From contig NC_014033.1 of assembly GCF_000025925.1 (NCBI RefSeq), positions 1,290,001-1,322,000 of the forward strand: 32,000 bases of DNA, given 5' to 3'. Numbering within the stretch: position 1 is the first letter of the stretch; every line of letters begins with the position of its first letter. The notes beneath the pieces were generated by a model. That model had not been told where the DNA came from. It saw only the letters and a program-made list of their open reading frames with translations, and made no database searches. The position numbers and the translations under genes are program-made. Source of the DNA: Xylanibacter ruminicola 23. Its GTDB lineage: Bacteria > Bacteroidota > Bacteroidia > Bacteroidales > Bacteroidaceae. Below are positions 25,324 through 32,000 of this stretch, piece after piece.

Positions 25324-27816
25324 TTATATGTTAAACAGTATTCTGCATAAGAAATCCCTTGGCCTCATCTGGTTTAGGACGATGATGTCGGTATAGTCGG
25401 TGGTGTAGTGACGGCGGTAGTTGCGTGTGCCGAAGAGGTTAGAGCATAAAAGTCCTGCCTCGAAGGTCTTGGCGCGATAGGATATGGAGAGATCGCTGAA
25501 ATAATTGGTAGAAACGGATTTATCGTTACTATGATAGAGTTCATTCGTCCATTCTATCTGCCATTTGCCTGGCAATATGAACACTTTTAACTCATGGTTC
25601 CACGATTGAAGTGCATTTGTCATCGACTGGTGGCTGTAGTGGTAAGCAGACTCTTCCTCTATGGAGAGCCAGCGAGTAGGCTTCAATGAGAACCGCAGCG
25701 AGGCTCTACCGTTGCGGGTATGCTGACGAGCAAGAGAGTGATTGATCAGCAGGTCGTAATTGGTCCATGAGTAACTTCCGTTCAGTGTTATACTGAGCTT
25801 TGCCCAAAAGATGGATTTTCCCAAACTGCCAGAAAGGCTATAGGTCTCACGGTTCTGACGGAAATCGGTAGCCTGACGAATATAGACATTATTCACAAGA
25901 TGACTCTGATAGATAACGGCATCACGCAGATTGCTGTAACCAGATGTGAATCTACTGAACATACCTGTCATCACATTACGATAGCCTAATCCTATATTTG
26001 CCGTTTGTCCCGTGGTGTTTTCAAACTGTCCTGAGCCTTGCTGACAAGAGATGTAATCGGTGTAATAAGGCTGACAGGTGATAGTGGTGATGTCGCTGGG
26101 AGTCCATCGGTAACTGTAACTGCCGCTGATCTCAAGTTTGGAAGTCAGACTGTAGCGGATGAAAAGGCGCGGCTCGGCAAGGAAATTCTGGCTGTTCTTC
26201 TTCTGATACTGACGCATGAGCCAACTAAGCCGCCCGTTCAGGCTGATGGTCCATGCTCCTTCACGATAACTGATTGACGGCTCCACGTATGGCAGGTATT
26301 CACTGTAGCGGTCTTTGTTGTTCAGTGTCAGCCACTGCGTTTTTGTTTCAAAACCTGCCTGCCATGTCACTTTTAACTGCTTGATGCTGTGTTGATAATA
26401 GGCGTATGCATTCCAATATAGCATTTGTTGAGTGATTTGCTGAGTGCTGTCATTGGTTAGAAGTAACGTGCCTGGCAGATAACTGTAACTAAACAATGAG
26501 GTGACGGAATAACTTTGCCCATTCTTCAGTTTATTGATGAGTTCGAGGTTATCCACGATGTATCGTTTGCGAGGCTCAACCCATTGAGGCGTCGGGCGTT
26601 CGTTTAATATTGAAAGTCCCTCATTCTTGTTAAAGTCAATATAGCCTTTTAGTGTGTTCGACAGATATTGTTTATCGTGGTTTGCCTTATAGAGCAGTTC
26701 TGCCTGCCATTCGCTACGGGTACTTGTTGCTGTCTGTTCCTCAGTGATAATGGCAGAGTCGGCATCCAGATAGACGGTCTGCCTGTCCTGTTGCTGTCGG
26801 CTCCGGTCATAAAGCCCTGTCACTTGCAGTTTCAGATCATCGTCCTTTTTCGTCTTGAACAGCCAGTTGGTGGCGGCAATATAGGTATCATTGAACTTGC
26901 TCCTTCTCGCATCGAGACTTGGTGCCCCCAGATTAATATTGTTCAATATACCATCCTCTGTAGGAGCAGTCTTGTCGAACTGCGTCAAATCGGCAACTTC
27001 GTGCTCAATATCCTTGCCAGTATTGTTGGCCTTTACCATCGAAATGCTCTGCTTTTTGCGTCCAAATACCATCTCCAGCCATTGAGCATCGCGCAACCAG
27101 TCGTCGCCATAACCTGTAGCCACATCTATCACACCCTGCCATACATTCTTAGCTTCGTCTTTCAGTACCAGATTGAGTGCAGCCTGTTCAGAGAACTTTA
27201 TATCTTTGAGAACTTTCACGGGTTGATGATTCTCATATACCTGTACGCTCTTCACTTTGTCAGCTGAAAGGTTTTCACTCGCCATCGCATACTTACCACC
27301 CAGCAAGTCCATTCCTTCTATATAGAACTTGTTGATAGCCTTGCCCTGATACCTGATAGTACCTGATGGGAGAACTTCCAATCCCGGCATTTTAGCTATT
27401 ACATCGGCTATCGAACGGTCCTGTTTCAGTTTAAAGGATTCTACGGAATAGGTCAGCGTGTCGCCTTGCTCGCGGATGCGCTGTGGCGTTACTTTCACTT
27501 CCTTTAAGGCAATGGCCTGTTCTTGCATCTTGATGGTCTGGCCATTCTTATAATCTTTCAGCGGAATCACCACCTTGCCAAAGCCCATCATCAGAAACTC
27601 AACACTCTTCGCCTCTTTCCCTTGCGGAATGGTCAACGAGAAATGTCCATCCTGCCTAGCCCTTGCAAATGCAACGACAGAGCCGCCATCCCCTTTTGCC
27701 ACGACGGAGGCAGACACAAGCGGTTTCCCACTCTTGTCCGTCACCCGCCCTGTGAAGGTCTGCGCTTTACCAGTGAGAGAGACTAATATAATAAGGTATA
27801 GCAGCAAACGCTTCAT
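25324..27816 (-). CDS. outer-membrane plug/beta-barrel protein with N-terminal carboxypeptidase-regulatory-like domain
   Basis: Signal peptide. FTGRVTDKSGKPLVSASVVAKGDG is CarboxypepD_reg-like. Plug-like LKEVKVTPQR...IADVIAKMPGLEV...IRYQGKAINKFYIEG. Followed by about 600 aa of barrel-like sequence. Its start overlaps the GLPGLI gene stop by 4 nt. Confidence 0.75.
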   Translation of the reverse strand: MKRLLLYLIILVSLTGKAQTFTGRVTDKSGKPLVSASVVAKGDGGSVVAFARARQDGHFSLTIPQGKEAKSVEFLMMGFGKVVIPLKDYKNGQTIKMQEQAIALKEVKVTPQRIREQGDTLTYSVESFKLKQDRSIADVIAKMPGLEVLPSGTIRYQGKAINKFYIEGMDLLGGKYAMASENLSADKVKSVQVYENHQPVKVLKDIKFSEQAALNLVLKDEAKNVWQGVIDVATGYGDDWLRDAQWLEMVFGRKKQSISMVKANNTGKDIEHEVADLTQFDKTAPTEDGILNNINLGAPSLDARRSKFNDTYIAATNWLFKTKKDDDLKLQVTGLYDRSRQQQDRQTVYLDADSAIITEEQTATSTRSEWQAELLYKANHDKQYLSNTLKGYIDFNKNEGLSILNERPTPQWVEPRKRYIVDNLELINKLKNGQSYSVTSLFSYSYLPGTLLLTNDSTQQITQQMLYWNAYAYYQHSIKQLKVTWQAGFETKTQWLTLNNKDRYSEYLPYVEPSISYREGAWTISLNGRLSWLMRQYQKKNSQNFLAEPRLFIRYSLTSKLEISGSYSYRWTPSDITTITCQPYYTDYISCQQGSGQFENTTGQTANIGLGYRNVMTGMFSRFTSGYSNLRDAVIYQSHLVNNVYIRQATDFRQNRETYSLSGSLGKSIFWAKLSITLNGSYSWTNYDLLINHSLARQHTRNGRASLRFSLKPTRWLSIEEESAYHYSHQSMTNALQSWNHELKVFILPGKWQIEWTNELYHSNDKSVSTNYFSDLSISYRAKTFEAGLLCSNLFGTRNYRRHYTTDYTDIIVLNQMRPRDFLCRILFNI

Positions 27817-28691
27817 TTTTTCTTTTTAGTAGAACTTTTCTTCTGCGGATATTTCTTCTTGACATTAACACCTGGGAACTTCTCGTAGAGGATACGTGTC
27901 TTGGGAACTATCTTAACTTCATTTCCCTGAGGATCCCACATCCTTGTTACCTGCCCCGACATTCCTGTCATTTGAGAAAAATGAGCAGAAGGATCCCAAT
28001 ACTCCAACATCATAATTTCAGCAACACGTTCTGGCATATATGTGTCAATGACACCTGATTTCGGTGTCTTCATTTTAATATCATGCCCATCACCTTTCTC
28101 TATACCGATACAATTGAAACGGAAACAGCCTTCTGAATCAGATGCGTATAGTATCAAACCCGGCAAGCCGCAAAATTTCCACGGACCATCACTATATGGC
28201 AAGCCAAGTGTGTACCATACCGTCCATGTTCTACCTCTGAATGTGGTAATAGCTTTGTGGCAAGTATATTCGCATACAATGGTATCACCCTCTTGGAGTT
28301 GCCAATCAAACAGCCCATCAATCTTATCGCGACAAGAAATCCAGCCAGGCATGTGAACAAATTGCATATAGCCACTTTTGGGGGTGTTTTTAAACACTTC
28401 ATCCCGCATAGAAGCATAACCAACATAAGGATTCTTAACCCTTTTGCTAACAACGTCACTTTTGTTTTTTGCCAGGAACTCGCCAATAACACTGACAAAT
28501 TGCGATGAATTTTCCCCAATATCCAAACGCATCAAGTCTTTCTCCTGTTTGGGTTCTTCCTCAAACTTTTGATAATAAACATCATAAGTCACTGATAGAA
28601 TAGTAGAATTACTTGCATGACTATTCATCATTATCAGATATGAAGGAATAGTCATTTTTAATATAATGTTAAAAAAAGGATTCATACGCAT
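27813..28691 (-). CDS. GLPGLI family protein (Bacteroidetes-specific, function unknown)
   Basis: Contains the eponymous motif in FCGLPGLILYA, plus the family-typical N-terminal VTYDVYY...MRLDIGENSSQFVS pattern. It has a Lys-rich C-terminal tail. The N-terminus lacks a convincing signal peptide. Confidence 0.8.
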   Translation of the reverse strand: MRMNPFFNIILKMTIPSYLIMMNSHASNSTILSVTYDVYYQKFEEEPKQEKDLMRLDIGENSSQFVSVIGEFLAKNKSDVVSKRVKNPYVGYASMRDEVFKNTPKSGYMQFVHMPGWISCRDKIDGLFDWQLQEGDTIVCEYTCHKAITTFRGRTWTVWYTLGLPYSDGPWKFCGLPGLILYASDSEGCFRFNCIGIEKGDGHDIKMKTPKSGVIDTYMPERVAEIMMLEYWDPSAHFSQMTGMSGQVTRMWDPQGNEVKIVPKTRILYEKFPGVNVKKKYPQKKSSTKKKK

Positions 28692-28705
28692 ACAATCGCC
28701 TCTTT

Positions 28706-28742
28706 AATGAGAGTATGCCAACTAAATAGGCATACTCTCATT
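28706..28742 (-). other. perfect 14-bp hairpin immediately after precursor-2 (no U-run; RNA stabiliser/processing or attenuator)
   Basis: AATGAGAGTATGCC (28706-28719) pairs perfectly with GGCATACTCTCATT (28729-28742) around a 9-nt loop. It lies between the precursor-2 stop (28746) and the GLPGLI start (28691). Confidence 0.5.
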
Positions 28743-28745
28743 TGT

Positions 28746-28949
28746 TTAACAGGTAATAAATGCCCAATCGCCATAAGCATCATTTAAAACCTCAACAGCA
28801 TCATCAACAGATACAGCTGATTCCATTACAATCTCTTTGGACCAGCCGCTTTCAACGTCAAGGACAACGCATTTGATTTTTCTTCCACCATTCACATTGT
28901 TCATCTGAGCCTTGCTCATTTTGAACATTTCTAAATTTGTTTTGTTCAT
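28746..28949 (-). CDS. GG-leader exported peptide 2 (bacteriocin-type signal sequence, acidic 45-aa core)
   Basis: MNKTNLEMFKMSKAQMNNVNGG | RKIKCVVLDVESGWSKEIVMESAVSVDDAVEVLNDAYGDWAFITC. The leader fits the Bacteroidetes L-x-x-F-x-x-SK-x-x-M-x-x-(I/V)-x-GG pattern. It sits directly downstream of ABC/HlyD exporter genes. Confidence 0.7.
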   Translation of the reverse strand: MNKTNLEMFKMSKAQMNNVNGGRKIKCVVLDVESGWSKEIVMESAVSVDDAVEVLNDAYGDWAFITC

Positions 28950-29019
28950 CTTGAAAAAAAATTAATTAAACTTAATTTGTTAACTCTCATAGGTGAAAAT
29001 TAAGGTCATATCACCAAAT

Positions 29020-29045
29020 TGACCCATATTTTGTGCACTAATATG
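29020..29045 (-). promoter_or_regulatory. conserved 26-nt element (copy 2) upstream of precursor-2
   Basis: Identical to 25296-25321. It sits 70 nt upstream of the precursor-2 ATG and directly abuts the HlyD stop codon. Flanking sequence is also similar (GGTGAA...TAAG(G)TCATA(A/T)CACCA). Confidence 0.6.
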
Positions 29046-30338
29046 TTAATTACGAAGATTCCTATGGAACAGATACTTGAGAGGTCCTATTATCCTTTCT
29101 GCTACACTAAGGTCATCGGTGATAATCTCCCCAACTCCAGAAAGGTCGCCAGTCTGACGAATTGCCTTGCCGTATGATGTCGTTTGGCTATTCTGTAGTT
29201 CAAAGGTCGCTGTATAGATGTCCTCATCGGGCATCAGTGCAACAGAAGTTATACACCCAGTCAGAAAACCATACTCCAAATAGGGATAACCATCTAGTTG
29301 AATATTGACCCGCTGACCTATCTTTACCTTGCCAGAACCTGCAACAGGAATCTTTGCCTTGCCTATTGATTGTTCCTTGCTGCTGCTGATAACGGAAAAC
29401 GCCTTGTCGCTGGAAGTGATGTTCTGGTTTATCTTCCACAGGTTGTTATATGACACGAATCCTTCTATAGGACTCTGAAGCAGATATGTCTGTTTCCACT
29501 CTCTAATAGCCGTCCTTGTGCCCTCCCATGCTGACCAAAGTATAGTCTCCTGCTGTTGTCGTTCCTGTTCTTTTTGCAGCTTCAGTTCTGAGATGGTGTT
29601 ATATATTTGTGCCATTTGGATTTTGGCATTAGCCAACGATGAGCGTATCTGTTCGGCAGACATATTACTGCTAAGTAAGGATTGTTCGGTAGATTCCAAG
29701 TCAGAAGTGGAAGTTAGTCCTTTGTCGTGGAGAGTCTTTTCCCGTTGATAGTTTTCGTTACTTAGGAATTTTATACGTTGGCTATAGCAAACCAGTTTCT
29801 CAATGGATTCTACATATTCCGAGTAAGGCCTTAGCTGTGCTTCCTCTGCGGCAATGCGCTGGTCATAGAGATTCTTATTCACAAAATTATTATAATCAGT
29901 GATTGCCTTGGCTAATGTCGTATAAGTACTCTGGATACTGCCGAGATGTGCATCATCAAGATGGAGGTTTATTCCTTCTCCATTTTCGAACAGTACGGAC
30001 AATATGGAGTCAAGTTTCAGCACATCCTGAGTATTGGCAGGATTTTCTATCACCGCTATCACATCACCAGCATTGACATGTTGTCCGTCTTGGGCGTACA
30101 ACTCTTGCAATCTGCCAGATGTTTTAGCCACAATCCATACAGGCGGCTCTGTTTTTGTGATTGTAACAGTGCAGGTAATCGTATCTGGGTATTTAAATAT
30201 AAAGCATCCGATGAACAGAACCAGCAATATACCGCCAATCACTGACGAGCCAACGCTCAGCAGTGTATGGGGAGGTGTTGACAGGATCTCCTGTACGTCC
30301 TCACTTCTTATAATACTATCCTTATTTCTCTTGGGCAT
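29046..30338 (-). CDS. HlyD-family membrane fusion / secretion accessory protein
   Basis: One N-terminal TM segment (VIGGILLVLFIGCFIF). Lipoyl-like AGDVIAVIE. A long coiled-coil middle. A beta-rich C-terminus. It starts 6 nt after the ABC transporter gene on the same strand. Confidence 0.8.
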   Translation of the reverse strand: MPKRNKDSIIRSEDVQEILSTPPHTLLSVGSSVIGGILLVLFIGCFIFKYPDTITCTVTITKTEPPVWIVAKTSGRLQELYAQDGQHVNAGDVIAVIENPANTQDVLKLDSILSVLFENGEGINLHLDDAHLGSIQSTYTTLAKAITDYNNFVNKNLYDQRIAAEEAQLRPYSEYVESIEKLVCYSQRIKFLSNENYQREKTLHDKGLTSTSDLESTEQSLLSSNMSAEQIRSSLANAKIQMAQIYNTISELKLQKEQERQQQETILWSAWEGTRTAIREWKQTYLLQSPIEGFVSYNNLWKINQNITSSDKAFSVISSSKEQSIGKAKIPVAGSGKVKIGQRVNIQLDGYPYLEYGFLTGCITSVALMPDEDIYTATFELQNSQTTSYGKAIRQTGDLSGVGEIITDDLSVAERIIGPLKYLFHRNLRN

Positions 30339-30344
30339 CGTGCA

Positions 30345-32000
30345 TTATACATTTAATTGGTTCTTGACTAAAGTGTAATATACCCCATGACGGCAAATCA
30401 GTTCTTCGTGGGTGCCCTGCTCGCAAATCTTTCCTCCTTGTAGCACCACGATTTTATCGGCATCTCTCACTGTGCTCAGACGATGGGCGATGACTATAGC
30501 TGTCCTGCCTTGCATAAAACGGTTGAGCTTTTCCATTATCAGGTACTCGTTATTGGCATCAAGCGAGTTTGTGGCCTCATCCATAAAGATGAACTCAGGA
30601 TTCTTATAGACGGCGCGAGCTATAAGGATACGCTGTTTTTGGCCCATGCTTAGTCCATGGCCCTCAGCTCCTATCTTTGTATTATAGCCTAATGGCAAAT
30701 CCTCGATGAAATCTCTGATGTTGGCTGTTTCTGCTGCTTCACGCATTCTGTCTTCATCAATCCGCTCTTCTCCTGGGGCGATATTTCGGGCTATAGTGTC
30801 TGAGAAGATGAATCCGTCCTGCATCACTGTACCGCAGTGCTTACGCCACTCCCGTTTGTCATAGTTGGCAATATCCGAACAGCCCAACACTACTTTCCCC
30901 TTGTCTGGTTCATAGAAACCTAATATCATCTTAAGCAGTGTGGTTTTTCCGCTGCCACTAAGACCTACTATGGCAGTTGTCTTACCTTTAGGAATTGCCA
31001 GGTTTATGTCATCAAGTGTAGGCACCTCGTTGAGTTTGTCGTATCTGAATGTCAGATGTTCTATCCTAATGTCTGCATTCTTGATATCTGTAATCTTGGT
31101 CTTGCCTGCAGGGCGTTCGTCGTCTCTGTTATAGATTTCCTGTAGTCGGTCTAAACTCAATTTGGCATCCTGATATTGACGGACAAAACCTATCAGTTGG
31201 TCAACAGGACTATTCAATTGTCCAATGATATATTGGATGGAAAGCATCATGCCAAGAGTGATGTTTCCTTTTATAACCAATGCCGCAACAAGGGCTGTAA
31301 TAATAGCATTTTTCATCTGATTTATCAACACGCCACCCGACTGCTGGTATTGTGACAGGGCTAGCCCTTTGACGGTAATCCTGTATTTTCGAGCCTGTAT
31401 ATGCTCCCATTCCCAGCGTTTCTGCTGTTCGCAGGCATTTAGTTTGATTTCCTGCATGCCACTCACCAGTTGCACCATATTACTTTGATTGGCCGAATTT
31501 TGTGCAAACATCTTATGGTCGAGAACAGCCCTCCGTTTCATGAAACCCCATACCCAGGCAATATATAAGCCACTACCGATAAAGAATATAAAGAATATCA
31601 TCCAGTTATAGAATAGGATGACCAGTCCAAAAATGATGATGTTGACAATGGAGAAGAGTGTTGACAGACTGGTACTGGTCAAAAACTCTTGTATTCTAGT
31701 ATGATCATTGATGCGCTGAAGAATGTCGCCCGTCATCTTCGTGTCAAAATAGGCGATGGATAGGCGCATTAGTTTGGCCAGATAGTCAGATATCAGCGAG
31801 ATATTCACCCTCATGCCGATATGAAGCAATATCCAGCCTCGGATAAACTCCACAGATGTGCTACTGATAACGAGCACCATTTGGGCTATCAGCACTAAAT
31901 AAATATAGCCTAAATTCTGATTGGTAATACCGAAGTCAACGATAGACTGTGTGAGAAATGGCAGGATAAGCTGTATCAACGAGCCTGTAGCTAATCCGAT
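30345..32000 (-). CDS. ABC transporter permease/ATPase, bacteriocin-exporter type; N-terminus (probable C39 peptidase domain) outside the window
   Basis: The frame stays open to nt 32000 (IGLATGS precedes the listed Met). TM domain followed by Walker A GLSGSGKTT, signature LSMGQKQR, Walker B FIFMDEATNSLD and H-loop IAHRLS. The visible part is about 551 aa. Exporters of this class are about 700+ aa with an N-terminal C39 domain. Confidence 0.85.
   Translation of the reverse strand: MGLATGSLIQLILPFLTQSIVDFGITNQNLGYIYLVLIAQMVLVISSTSVEFIRGWILLHIGMRVNISLISDYLAKLMRLSIAYFDTKMTGDILQRINDHTRIQEFLTSTSLSTLFSIVNIIIFGLVILFYNWMIFFIFFIGSGLYIAWVWGFMKRRAVLDHKMFAQNSANQSNMVQLVSGMQEIKLNACEQQKRWEWEHIQARKYRITVKGLALSQYQQSGGVLINQMKNAIITALVAALVIKGNITLGMMLSIQYIIGQLNSPVDQLIGFVRQYQDAKLSLDRLQEIYNRDDERPAGKTKITDIKNADIRIEHLTFRYDKLNEVPTLDDINLAIPKGKTTAIVGLSGSGKTTLLKMILGFYEPDKGKVVLGCSDIANYDKREWRKHCGTVMQDGFIFSDTIARNIAPGEERIDEDRMREAAETANIRDFIEDLPLGYNTKIGAEGHGLSMGQKQRILIARAVYKNPEFIFMDEATNSLDANNEYLIMEKLNRFMQGRTAIVIAHRLSTVRDADKIVVLQGGKICEQGTHEELICRHGVYYTLVKNQLNV

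Noticed and set aside
26668-27267. 199-aa plus-strand ORF
   Set aside because: It lies antisense within the 830-aa barrel gene. It is a shadow ORF.

Overview
The window looks like a Bacteroidales chromosome segment. It may be Prevotella-like, but that is only a guess, based on protein flavour and on repeated TAnnTTTG -7 promoter boxes upstream of many genes. I found no rRNA, tRNA or CRISPR array.

There are three blocks.

(1) 1-10.8 kb holds ordinary genes: a ferritin-like fragment, a radical SAM protein, YbjQ, an aspartyl-protease/PDZ protein, a CE8-like pectinesterase, enolase, a His-rich TonB-dependent receptor with a small Cys/His membrane protein, and an orphan TPR-sensor histidine kinase.

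(2) About 10.8-21.6 kb is an NBU-like integrative mobilizable element. It carries a tyrosine integrase, two excisionase-type HTH genes, a 1.1-kb repeat-rich non-coding region, DUF3408, a candidate oriT hairpin, a MobC-type accessory protein and a relaxase. It has no tra genes and no coupling protein. Its cargo is one tightly coupled minus-strand operon: AbiEi, AbiEii and a 948-aa fusion of an archaeo-eukaryotic primase (AEP), an SF2 helicase and a degenerate PLD-like domain. This is my top candidate for an undescribed composite defence system.

(3) 21.6-32 kb is a minus-strand peptide natural-product (RiPP/bacteriocin) locus. A shared ABC transporter plus HlyD exporter is followed by two parallel cassettes. 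Each cassette has a duplicated 26-nt palindromic upstream element, a GG-leader precursor, a hairpin, an accessory gene (GLPGLI or radical SAM/SPASM) and its own plug/beta-barrel outer-membrane protein.

All family calls rest on motifs I read in the translations. No database search was possible. Element boundaries and GC shifts were judged by eye only.
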